Shown here piece by piece: positions 13,010-26,300 of a stretch of 64,000 bases of DNA. The position numbers and the translations under genes are program-made. The notes under the pieces were generated by a model, which made no database searches, was not told the origin of the DNA, and saw only the letters and a list, made by a program, of their open reading frames with translations. Source of the DNA: Antedon mediterranea. Lineage: Eukaryota; Animalia; Echinodermata. Every line of letters begins with the position of its first letter. Position 1 is the stretch's first letter. The stretch is taken from positions 29,580,437 through 29,644,436 of the forward strand of contig NC_092672.1 of assembly GCF_964355755.1 (NCBI RefSeq), in the 5' to 3' direction.

Positions 13010-13530
13010 TTTTATTCATTTTTATTCTTTATATCAAACCAACAGTGTAAAACACCAATAACAGGCTGAAAATAAAAGCTAAACTATAAAATATGAGCCA
13101 ATATAAATATATACAAATGAAAAAGAAAATTTAAATAATTTCATTAATAATACATTTAAATTGAGAAAAATTACAGTTAAAAATATCTAAAGAATTATTT
13201 TTTAATATACAAGAATTGTACAATGACGAGAGTCTACAGAAAATACCATTTTTACAAACATTGACACGAGAAAATTTAACATGAAGAACGGGTTTACTAC
13301 GAAGATTACGAACAGGAACATTAAAATAAAACAACGAAACAAGATCACATTCAAACTTAGAAGTAAGACATTTATACAGGAAGTGCAAGTCCTGTCTTGC
13401 TCTCCTAGATGTCGGGGAAACAATAGGAGGCAGGTTGGCTGCTGGGCCGACAAAGCGCAAGAACTTGTTATGGGTCCGATCAATTCTGGAGGCTTGAGAA
13501 GCAGAGAGTGAATTGTAGATAATTGAACAG
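13010..13530 (-). mobile_element. CR1/Jockey-group LINE 3' fragment inserted after the first unit of the 42-bp satellite
   Basis: CSIIYNS...RIDRTHNKFLRF...RRARQDLHFLYK...FNVPVRNLR...RLSSLYN...DIF, then a 3' UTR with an AATAA-type tail. One satellite unit is stranded at ~12965-13009. Confidence 0.75.
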
Positions 13531-15018
13531 AGAATACAACTCGACACCTGTATGTGAGCAATGGTATGACATAGAATACAACTCGACACCTGTATGTGAA
13601 CAATGGTTTAACATAGAATACAACTCGACACCTGTATGTGAGCAATGGTATGACATAGAATACAACTCGACACCTGTATGTGAGCAATGGTATGACATAA
13701 AATACAACTTGACACCTGTATGTAAACAATGGTATGACATAGAATACAACTCAACACCTGTATGTGAGCAATGGTATAACATAGAATACAACTCGACACC
13801 TGTATGTGAGCAATGGTATAACATAGAATACAACTCGACACCTGTATGTGAGCAATGGTATGACATAGAATACAACTCGACACCTATATGTGAGCAATGG
13901 TATAACATAAAATACAACTCGACACCTGTATGTGAGCAATGGTATAACATAGAATACAACTCGACACCTGTATGTGAGCAATGGTATGACATAGAATACA
14001 ACTCGACACCTATATGTGAGCAATGGTATGACATAGAATACAACTCGACACCTGTATGTGAGCAATGGTATAACATAAAATACAACTCGACACCTGTATA
14101 TGAGCAATGGTATGACATAGAATACAACTCGACACCTGTATGTGAGCAATGGTATGACATAAAATACAACTTGACACCTGTATGTAAACAATGGTATGAC
14201 ATAGAATACAACTCGACCCCTGTATGTGAGCAATGGTATAACATAGAATACAACTCGACACCTGTATGTGAGCAATGGTATAACATAGAATACAACTCGA
14301 CACATGTATGTGAGCAATGGTATAACATAGAATACAACTCGACACCTGTATGTGAGCAATGGTATGACATAAAATACAACTTGACACCTGTATGTGAGCA
14401 ATGGTATAACATAGAACACAACTCGACACCTATATGTGAGCAATGGTATAACATAGAATACAACTCGACACCTGTATGTGAGCAATTGTATGACATAAAT
14501 TACAACTCGACACCTGTATGTGAACAATGGTATGACATAGAATACAACTCGAAACCTGTATGTGAGCAATGGTATGACATAGAATACAACTCGACACCTG
14601 TATGTGAGCAATGGTATAACATAGAATACAACTCGACACCTGTATGTGAGCAATGGTATAACATAAAATACAACTCGACACCTGTATGTGAGCAATGGTA
14701 TAACATAAAATACAACTCGACACCTGTATGTGAGCAATGGTATAACATAAAATACAACTCGAAACCTGTATGTGAGCAATGGTATAACATAGAATACAAC
14801 TCGACACCTGTATGTGAGCAATGGTATAACATAGAATACAACTCGACACCTGTATATGAGCAATGGTATGACATAGAATACAACTCGACACCTGTATGTG
14901 AGCAATGGTATAACATAAAATACAACTCGACACCTGTATATGAGCAATGGTATAACATAAAATACAACTCGACACCTGTATGTGAGCAATGCTATAACAT
15001 AGAATACAACTCGACACC
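13531..15018. repeat. 42-bp minisatellite, ~35 copies
   Basis: Unit catagaatacaactcgacacctgtatgtgagcaatggtatga/taa. It explains the repetitive ORFs seen in several frames. Confidence 0.97.
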
Positions 15019-17387
15019 AATATTTAAACGTACTAAATACAACATTAAAACAATATTATATGATATCCTATCTGGAGGACGAGACAATGAGTGTAATGCA
15101 TTAAAGACAGAATGTAATATGTCTTATTGCATCTTGCTTCAGATAGGCCTACCTATCTTTTTTGAGCGAATGTTAAATAATCGATTACCCTTGAGAATGC
15201 GTCAATAATGTCAGTACCCATTGTAGTACCAGGGAAGAGTTACTGTAGTGGTAGTACACTGTAGGAGATTGTTAATCTAAATATAAATTTACGTAAAGGC
15301 TAAAATCGGTAAATCGCGCGTAATTTCTAGAATGTTTACTCGATGGTATATAAAGTTGGTTTGTACTTTCGGTACTGATTTTAACCACCTGAAGAACCCT
15401 GTTTACTAATTAAATTGAGTTCAATATTAGTTATTGACAATTTAAACGAATTTATTTTTAATGATTTAGGGGTGTTTTCCGATCGTGGTTTACACTGTCT
15501 AATGGATGTCCTTCTTGAACAATAATACAAGGATGCTTCGCATTTTCCTATCTCCTCCTACGATAATTGTTTTTAATGGAAAAACCAGTTGAACAGCTCA
15601 AGTACAGCATCACAAGGTTGAAGACAGTCGATTTTCTTTAAAAAATACTATTTTGATAGATTTAATATACGTTTATACAAATGTATTGATTTGCGATGAA
15701 TGGAATACATTATTTGGTTTAACCATGTAGGTTTAACATAGAGGTATAGGTTTAAAACAAGTAGGTAAATGTATGGGCACTTAAAGAATAAACGTAATGC
15801 CTTAAGATATAGTATTGCAATACTACTATACAATACTGTATACCTATTAACCACTTTTGATCGCCATTCGAATCGCAAATTTCTTACTGTGAGTGTTGAT
15901 ACTGTTATATAATATAAACATACTGTATATACAGATACACTGTATTACTGTGAGTGTGGGAGGCCCTACTGTTAGCTTATAAACACATACGGTAATATAT
16001 ACAAATAAACTATATTACTGAGGCCCTGTTTCTGCTGTATTTACAATATAAATCTGTGCGGAGAGGGGAAGCTAAAATGTCAGGCCAACTAAAAGGTAAT
16101 AAAAGGGACAACCACATTTATAAAGACATTTCTAAAAATATAAAGCAGGAGTACGGAATAGACTTGTCTCCAAAGCAAGTAAACTCTCACAACATCTCTA
16201 TCACTAGGGCTAGGCTGTTAAAAGTGAGGCGTAAAACTTCTTTTATTGCGACTTTTAATTATTGACCAAATAAATGAATGGCAATTTTGGGTAAAAAGGA
16301 TGAATTTTAACACGACCACCCAAGAAACGGGGTACTGAATACGGTATAAAAAATATTTTTATACCGTATTTTGAGCAGTTGCAGCAGAAACAGGCCCTGA
16401 CAGTTACTTCTCAACATTTTTATTAATTGATAAATACAACAAAAATAAACGTCGTAGTGGTGTATCTTCACATGTAGGCTACTTTACTATTTCAAACGAC
16501 TATGACAGTGACAGTTTTAACAAAGTATTAAATCGCAAATGCTTTACTGTATTTAGTGGTATATTATTTATAGGCCTATAAAACATTAACAAATTATTTC
16601 GTTGCTTGCTGAATGGATAAAGAATGTATTTTAAAATGGTTCCTCTTTGTACATTCCCTCAAACTTAATGTTACAAACAGAACACAAATTGGGTTTGTTT
16701 AAAATGAGTCTAAAAATCAAACATTTGGTTTCTCTTTGCATAAATCATCGTGTCAATTTATTCGTTTCTGTAAACGACAATCTATTATAATCCTGTCGTA
16801 CGTACATTTAAAATCGCCAGTTTCTTACGCTGAAATTACTGTGTATTCGAGAGCGTCCATCTGGGCACGACCTCGATGGTACGCTAGCGAAGCGATCTAG
16901 TAGACAACATTTCCGGTAACAGGAAAATATCTTTAAGAACAATAGTTCATTGTTGGAAATATTTACGCCTCAATTCTATAATCTGGATTTATAATATTAT
17001 CCAACGACAATACATACTTTACTTTACAGTTTAATTCCAAATGTAAATGTTGGTAATGGGATGGCTATACTTGTTTGTGTTTATTATTCATACAACTAAA
17101 ATCCGTAGTTGACTTTTAATAGGTTTGACAATGCTATACAATTCATTTCAAAATTCATAATTTTCTCCGATTTTAGCTTGTAATTTGTATTCATTAAACA
17201 ATTCATACATTCACAACTCTTGAAGATGAACAGGCAAAACATATAGTTAGTATCTGTTACTGTACAATATTTGCATTGTTTCCTTTTTAAACCTCACTTC
17301 CTGAACAAGACCATTAAGTTTACAATTATGAACTATTTCTAATAAGGAAGTTCATCTTAAATGTGTTGAATTGGTGCAGGATAGGCA

Positions 17388-17964
17388 TTTGCTGCTACCA
17401 TCTCGTCCAAGTCAGAGGTTATTAGCGGATATTATCCTGTCTCAAGATTGTTCAAGTCAAGTTTTGTTTCATGTATGTTTACAGTTGCTGCTACCATCTC
17501 GTCCAAGTCAGAGATTATTAGTGGATATTATCCTGTCTCAAGATTGTTCAAGTCAAGTTTAGTTCTATGTAAGTTTACAGTTGCTGCTACCATCTCGTCC
17601 AAGTCAGAGGTTATTAGTGGATATTATCCTGTCTCAAGATTGTTCAAGTCAAGTTTTGTTCTTTGTAAGTTTACAGTTGCTGCTACCATCTCGTCCAAGT
17701 CAGAGGTTATTAGTGGATATTATCCTGTCTCAAGATTGTTCAAGTCAAGTTTAGTTCTATGTAAGTTTACAGTTGCTGCTACCATCTCGTCCAAGTCAGA
17801 GGTTATTAGTGGATATTATCCTGTCTCAAGATTGTTCAAGTCAAGTTTAGTTCTATGTAAGTTTACAGTTGCTGTTACCCTCTCGTCCAAGTCAGAGGTT
17901 ATTAGTGGATATTATCCTGTCTCAAGATTGTTCAAGGCAAGTTTAGTTCTATGTAAGTTTACAG
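17388..17964. repeat. 96-bp tandem repeat, 6 copies
   Basis: Unit ttgctgctaccatctcgtccaagtcagaggttattagtggatattatcctgtctcaagattgttcaagtcaag...gtttacag; period 96 (17401 to 17497). Confidence 0.95.
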
Positions 17965-20900
17965 TGTTATTCAAGTTTATAAACGCTACCAAGCTACTTT
18001 AAAATACAATTATTTGGCTTCAATCGTTTTACTTTATAGTGATTTTATGTTCAATTGGTTAATAAATAGAAGGTATGTTATTTCTACATTATATTCCTCT
18101 ATGTTTAGAACGAGATTATTCACACTTTCTAGTTCATTTGGCGTGAGTAGCAACAAATTGACGACAATCATCACCCCTAAGTTGAAACATTGAATCAAAT
18201 ATTAACAAAATATACAATTGTGTTTATTTGCATGGTATCACACAATTTATTGTATTACAACAATTAAATAATTTCAGGGTGGGACAGTACCTAATTATAA
18301 CATTCGTATCAAGCAACCGACCAGGGATTTAGTATTATAGAGGGCGCAACAGCCGTCTCAGACGATCTTGGGCAGTTATGTACATTTGAAACAGGAATTA
18401 TTATAGAACATATATTATAGATTTATTTTTACACCACCGATTGTTTGATTGATGGAGTGGAGTTGTACGTGGCTACCACTCCAAGGGTCCTGGGTTCAAG
18501 TCCTGTCATAATTATGTCAGGATTTTTTTCTAATGACAACTCCACTCCCAAAGACTTGTAAATAAGACGTTATTTATATAGAGCATATGTTTCCTAAACA
18601 GGAAGAAAGTTAAGAAGATGAGATGTTTTATAAAATCAAATTAATATTAATCCCTACCGTTTCTCGACCCTCAGTCACCGAGATTAATTTTTTAGCATTG
18701 GGAGTACATTGAAATAAAGTATGTCAATTAAGGTCCAGGGACCACCATATGGCCTTTCTTAAGTTTTCATCTCTATACCAACTTTCAAGGAAGTGGCCCC
18801 TAAATACGCTCAAATTAAATTAGATAGTAAATGGTATCATTTATAAACATTTATATAAATCCACATCGTATTTTCGATTTGTGTGTCATCATTATCAACT
18901 CTCTTTTACTATCGTTTTCTATTACTTTTATTTTGTTTATGTGCTTGTGGAAGTAACTTTTTTTTTCTAAAAGAAAATAAAAACACTTATTTTAAGTACA
19001 AAGTAGCTTATTCGCCTGTAACAAATGTATTTTGTTTATGTCTTATCCCAGAAAAAATGGGATTTTAGTCTACAGCATATGATTCATGGTTTTGTAGTGC
19101 AATTGAATTAAAATTACAGATAAAACGACAACAACTCAGCTTCGCCATGGCGTTGCACATTGCACTACATATATTGGATGTATTGTGCAAATGGTAAAAT
19201 ACGATCCATAAATTGCGATCCATATATCCCATGAATTAAGTGCGTATGCGTAAACTAAATAGGTGCCCTGACGACTGAGATTTAGACTCTTCCGTTTTGA
19301 AATTTGATTTAATTAGAATTTCGAGTACATCGAACAGACCAATTTTAAAATGTTCTCTGACCAGGAATCAATATCTGTAATTCTTAAATGACCATTCCTG
19401 TGCTAAATTTACTTAAGAACGCCCTAATTAGTGATAATTAGACATTTAATTAGCATTTTGAGTACATCAACGAAATTCACACCACACATACTTTTAAACA
19501 TACTGATTAAGTATTCATTATTCTTAAGTTTAAAATCCGGGGCCAAAGCCACTTAAGAATGGGTCAAAACCGCTTAAGTGTGGGTCAAAGGTCAAAATAA
19601 TCAAAAATCAGATTTAATTCGTATATAAAGTAGCCTACATTGACCAAACCAATTCAATTTTCCAGTGTGTCAATTAGAGTTGTTAATGTGTTGAATCTCT
19701 ATCAGAACGGTTATTGATATTGATAGATCTTGTTGCCACGCCAATCCGTACATGTTTATCAGACGCCATGTCATCTCTTGCTATTTCTTGAAGCAGCATC
19801 TGCATCATTGCTAGTTCAATGAGGTCTACTGAAATAATTGATATGTATGTTCTCCGGATACCGAATGTACATTAATCCATTATCTTTTTCAATCCAGGAC
19901 GGGAGTTCAATTTCAATTTCAATATTGTGAGTTTATTCTGTTTGTAAAAAGTATTTCATTGAATTTATGGTAAAAAAGCATTAATAAATGAAACAGCACT
20001 ATGTTAAAAATTAGGTATAGATAAACAATTATTATTTTTAAGCTGTCGTATCTATATAAATTATGGTTAATTCTGACATATAGGCACAATGGAAAAAACT
20101 TCGGAACCGACAAAAGTGTCTAAAATCGTGTCCCGATACTTTGGTGGGATAGAGACTGAACATTCATCATTAAAAAATAAAAACTTTTGACTAATTTATG
20201 TAAATATGATTAATTACATAAACTAAAGATAATAACATTTATATTGTTAATTTTTATAAAAATGTTTTAGGCATTGAGGTAAATACCTCCATGTTTCAGG
20301 CAACCCCACAAAACCTCGTGTCCCGATCGTACATCTTCATTTGATAACAGGACTTTGTTAATTAAAATATTGTAAAAAGTTAGTTAATCATGATTTAATG
20401 CGATTTTATTATTCAAAATACGTCTCTACATACATTAATTCTAAAACTTTATAATGTTTGTTTGGAAAAAGCTTGTCCCACATTTTTGTGTCATATACCG
20501 TCACATAATTTAAATGTGGCGTCTACAGTTTAATGAACGGCGGGGAAAAATTGATTGTGCGTTGTAAACATGCGAATATATGGAAATAAAACTAGCCGCA
20601 CATTATTTTCAATAAAAGAAAAAAGCAAATAAAATAAGGTTTTAGAAAAATTACAGTTTATTGAATGTCATATCTGAATGAACGGTATTAAACTCATTAA
20701 ATAATTATAATTTCTGTTTTTTGTTTAACTGGAAGTACAATTTGTTCATGGTGTCTAGAAGTATGTACTCCATCTCTGCTGAAAGACATGCCTACGAGGT
20801 GATCCTGGGCTGTCCTATGCTAAATATATCATCTCCGTCCATCACGGTCAGCTGCGTCACATTTGCCAATAGTATAGGGACTTTACAAAACACGACGGGA

Positions 20901-22479
20901 AGCCACAGGACGGTGCTCATGAATAATTTATGCATGAGCCTTAACAAAGTCGGCGGAGCTTAACATGAAATTCCGTCGTCTTAAATTTTTGAGAACGATA
21001 AAGTTGCAATTTTCCGGTTTACGGAGAACGAATAAAAATAATGTACATATAACCTTAAAAATACAGTTCATTCTTCTACTATGTCAATGGTTAGTAATTA
21101 ATATTAGTTTAAACATAATTTTGTAAAACATCAGTGACAGTCATACCACTTTTTGAAAACTATTATTTTATGGAATTAGTAAATGGTTTTTAACGTAAAA
21201 CATCATACTAAGATAAGATAAGATAAATGTATTGAACAAACGCTTTTGTATGGCAAGCCTCAGCTGTCTGAAGTATTCAAAATATTATATTATTATATCA
21301 TTTTTTTATTATATTATATATTGTATTGTAATGAATTATACGTTTTGCATTATATTACTTGGTTTTAGCATTATAATTATATCTATTTCTAATATATTAT
21401 GTGAAAAATGTAACAAATTATTGACTTTTTGTATTATATTATTTGGTTTTAGCATTATATTATGAACATTTAATATTATATTATTAATAAAATACATTAT
21501 ATTATAATATAATTGTATTATATTAAACGCATTTACTTTACTTTATAACATACAACATTATTATATTATACGGATTCGTTAGTTATATTATTATTTTGTA
21601 TGATGTTTATTATACGTCACGGCTTATTTCAGTTCTTCTAACTCTTTCTCTCCCTCCCCCTGTTCACTAGCAATCAGCGGCCGGCAGAATCTGCATTGTG
21701 TGACTGTTGAAGAATAACTACGTACTAGGCCTAGCCTAGGCCTACTAGGGGATCTAGACAAGTGACCAAGGATCACCGGACAGCTACAACTAATACTACA
21801 ATACAATAATACTACTACAATAACTACTACTGCTACTACCTAGGCCTAGCTAGTGAGTAGTAGGTAGCTACTACTAGGCTCTAGGGCGTATGTATGATGT
21901 TAACTACTACGGCCTAGGCTAGGCCTAGAGGCCTACTAGTACTAGGCTAGGCCTAGACTTAAGTTGTAGTAGGCTAGGGCCGGGCCTGCTGCCTTAGGCT
22001 AGGCTACTACTACTACTACTACTACTAGGCAGCCCATGATGGGTACGAGTAAGCCAACATTTTGGATATATGTAAACCAAAATTTGGGTACGAGCGTGTT
22101 GGCATGGCATGGGTACGGGTTGACCTGTATCCTTCTAGCTAATCGTACTATGCCTAGGCCTCAAGTAAGTCTACACTACCCAGTCCGGCTACAATATGGT
22201 CTATTTTGTTTTATAGCTTTATTGATAGCTGGGTTCAAATCTGTGTTGGGACGGCTTTCTCTCATTCTAAAACAGATTTCCTTATAATAAAATAATATAT
22301 GAATTTATTTGTAATATTGTAATGTATACATAATATAAGTAATTGCCATTGCCTTTATTACTATTAATTATGTATTAAACGGTTACCCCTTAATTATACT
22401 ATAGTATAATTTCCTTGTTATATTTTACAATATTTTCATCCTAATTCTACAATTTTGTCTTTCACAGCACAAATTTATC

Positions 22480-23324
22480 GGTTTCGATCCAAGTCGGCCC
22501 TAAACCGTCTCGGCCAAAATCAAGTCGGCCCCAAGTCAAGTCGGCCCCAAGTCAAGTCGGCCTCAAGTCAACTCGGCCTCAAGTCAACTCGGCCTCACGT
22601 CAACTCGGCCAAAAAATAATCGGTCAACTCGGCCCCGTTAAAGTATGGAACGCAAAAAGTGCAAATGAAGGGGATTGATAAAATATATTTCTTCACAATT
22701 TTTTAACTATGAATAATTCTGACTTTTAATGAATATTATTATTTAGACAATAATATATTTAGCAAAAAAAATAGGAATGATTTCACCAACTTTCCTTTAT
22801 TTACGTTTAATAAAATTTCGTAGCTGAGCCTCCCTGCGCGTTTGCCAGCTTTTTCGATATCTACAACTGCTACGTGTTTTCGCTGACCGGGGGATTCCCC
22901 TTTTTTTTAAACGCAAATCAAGCACAAAAACAATGTACGATCATTTTTTCTATGGCCAAATGGTGGAACGTAGGTCTCCGTCTTCGATTTCCTAAAATAC
23001 GGTACCTGCACGTGTTTTTTGTAACACGCGGGTACTTCTATTCATATCGGCAATGAGTTCATTTTTTTATATGATATTATATTCTTTATTTCTTCATTTT
23101 TTTAAAAACGTGGATAGTAAGAATCGTAATAATATTAAGCACTTTTTGCGTTCCATACTTTATTGTGGCCGAGTTGACCGATTAGTTTTTGGCCGAGTTG
23201 ACGTGAGGCCGAGTTGACTTGAGGCCGAGTGACTTGGGACCGAGTTGACTTGGGGCCGACTTGACGTGGGGCTGACTTGACTTTGGCCGAGACGGTTTGG
23301 GGCCGACTTGACCTGCACCCGGTT
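22480..23324. mobile_element. MITE with ~185-bp TIRs built from 15-bp repeats (Mutator/Foldback-like)
   Basis: (caagtcaactcggcc)n arrays in inverted orientation; absent from the other three arms; apparent duplication atttatc at 22473-22479 and 23325-23331. Confidence 0.8.
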
Positions 23325-26300
23325 ATTTATCATACTGAATCATCACACACCAAGTCTCATAAATCTCTACTGTATTTGTCCAAGCTACTCCAGCTACGGT
23401 ACATGGTATTGCCTTGAGGCTAAACTACACGGTATACTGGCACTACCATCATTCCTGGCTCGTCTACCTGTACCACATAAGCACAGTTTCAGTTTCAGTT
23501 TATTTACCATTTCAATTTCTGAACATAAGAGATGAACAACTTATATGGATGGATAACCGTAAGAGCGAAGCTCGTTTACCGGTCACCCATTAGTCCAGTG
23601 ACATTACAGACAACATAAAGACAGGACAAAGGTGCAATACTTAACAAGACATGTGAACACTTGTGTTTGCAACCCCTTGGATAAAATAATATATTTATAT
23701 AATGGAGAAAGTTAGAAATTATAATATTTCTTTTTGATCATACAATGATAATTTTTAAATTACTTCTTAAGAAGTCATACTACTGATTCAATATAGTGAC
23801 TTACACCCTGTGGTCAAGGCTTTCTTTGCTCTTATGCTTATTTCCTCCAACATACAGAGTACATATAGGACTTTTTTTATTCATAACTGTTGAATTGTTT
23901 CCCAATACATAGTACCTATTGGTATTATATCTAAAAATACAAAGGCGGCTAACACAGATAGTTCCATATATACAGTACTCTTTTATAAATAAATTTATCT
24001 CTCCAAACTACTCCCAACTACCTAATCTAATAATAGTACTATTAGCATACTACTATACACTTTGTAGACAAGAAATAAGTTGTATACACTAGAGGACTTA
24101 TGGTAGTACAGTCGATCGCCCTCTCACTGGCCCGGTCAACATAATCTATACCTAGATTATTACAGTAATTAAAGTACATTATTACAGAGTTTTTTTTTTT
24201 TTGCAGAAATCAAAGTTATGTGTATAGAAAGCAGTACTCGTATTAAAAACTAAGCAGGTTGCAGGTCTTGAACGCAAACTGACAGGATATTTTGAATATT
24301 TTTTGTTGTTGAAATGATGGAATCCTAACTTCAATTTCCACGAACTGGAGACGAAGACATATTATGACCCTTTTATTTAAATTTATTTGAATAGACCTCC
24401 ATGTAAACTAATTAAAGGCTACATGATTGTTTTATATTTTAATATGTGATAGTAGAAAATCATTGTGTATAATGAGGACTATGAATCTGATATTTACTTG
24501 CATTCTTATCTTTTTAAAATATTATTTATAATGCCGGTAATGAGTTTAAAATTTAATTATATTGACTATTGTTGATAATCATCATGTCCTTATAAATTCA
24601 TTTATACTTTTTTTGTGTAATATAGTTCATATATTATGTATTAAATAAATTGGTAAGACCCTATACTGTTATTATTTAAGGAAAGTTTATATATACTATT
24701 ATTTTATGCCTACCAATATTAGTATTAATTGTTTATGTAAATATTTTGTCTAATTGCCTTGATTTTTGTATAGGCCAATGGCATCAATGTTTTTCTCAAA
24801 GCAAATTAGCCTAATAATGCCACATTTAGACACATGATTCATTGATTTCTGATATTCTGTACTTGTGTATGCATTACTAAAATAGTAGTTAATATTATTT
24901 CATTTATAATGTATGTATAAACATATATTCATATTTTTTTTAACATTTTTAAATTTAAAAATTATTACAATACCTATCTACCTTTCTGATATTGTTACTA
25001 TTATATAATATTTTTTGAGGCAGCAATAAAAAAAAATAAAAAAATTTATTTGACTTATACTGTACTATGTTAGTTCAGAAGATGAAGTGTGTGTGGGCAG
25101 AAACTAGTGTGTTGGAGGTTGGTGGTGTGAGGTGTATAGTTGTCACTTTAAGACCTAAATTAGATGTTTTCTGAAGAAAAGAAGTAAGCGGATACGCTTT
25201 CAAACAACTCCAAGAAGATTCACACAAAAATAGTTACTTTCCAATAAAATAGTATAACAGTGTATATTACAGTACATTGAATAAACTCGAGCGGAATAAT
25301 AACGCACATAAAAAACATTCATTTTCTTGTCGAAAAGTGCCCTCTCTAGTTTTCTATTAATTTATTAATAATTATTATCAATTAATGAGTAATATAAACA
25401 TATTTTTAACATTTAATGCTGGAAACTGTATCTACTCCTAACAAAGTTTCATATCTCCAAATTTTATCAACGTATTCAAAGCACTTAAATAAATTACATT
25501 TAACATTACAAATTCAGGTTTTGGATATAATACGTAATTTTGCTTAAAAACATATACAAAAAACATCGATAAAAAATACTTTTCGTATTCAAAAACATTT
25601 GATACTTGGTATAAATGTTCAATATAGGTTGCTCCATCCATATTGCAAACAAAAAATAACTATCAAGCCATATCACTGATTTTTTAAATTTACGTTTTTA
25701 CAAAATGTACACTTATGAAAGACCATACAATTCCAACTCATTTTTTTCAAGCTAATAACTATTTTGAAAAAACAACCAACAAAAAACGTTCATGAATGCA
25801 ATTTTTTTCTGTGAATAGAGCAACCTATAGTGAACATTTATACCAAGTATCAAATGTTTTTGAATACGAAAAGTATTTTTTATCGATGTTTTTTGTATAT
25901 GTTTTTAAGCAAAATTCTATCCAAAACCCGAATGTTTATGTTAAATGTGATATTTAATATTGAAGTGCTTTGAATACGTTAATGAAATTTGGAGATATGA
26001 AACTTTGTTAGGAGTAGAACCAGCTTCCAACCATGAATGTTAAAAATATGTTCATATTACTCATTAATTAATAATAATTATTAATAAATTAATAGAAAAC
26101 TAGAGAGGGCACTTTTCGAAAAGAAAATGAATGTTTTTTTATGTGCGTTATTATTCCGCTTGAGTTTATTCAATGTACTGTAATATACACTGTTATACTA
26201 CTTTATTGGAAAGTAATTATTTTTGTGTGAATCTTCTTGGAGTTGTTTGAAAGCGTATGCGCTTACTTCTGTTCTTCAGAAAACATCTAATTTAGGTCTT

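Noticed and set aside
13531-15018. CRISPR-like array
   Set aside because: Head-to-tail repeats without unique spacers, no cas genes, eukaryotic context. The same applies to the 56-, 96- and 47-bp arrays.
13480-15208. Long ORFs (561, 412 and 338 aa) with 14-aa repeats
   Set aside because: By-product of a 42-bp satellite that is open in several frames on both strands; no splice or domain support, and one end abuts a LINE fragment.
17448-18002. 184-aa ORF with 32-aa repeats
   Set aside because: Arises from the 96-bp tandem repeat; no independent coding evidence.
18450-18510. tRNA gene (B-box GGTTCAAGTCC)
   Set aside because: No complete cloverleaf; at most the head of a tRNA-derived SINE.
19690-19910. 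Minus-strand coding-like stretch (EIELPSWIEKDNG...)
   Set aside because: Needs a frameshift and matches no family I recognise; left unassigned.
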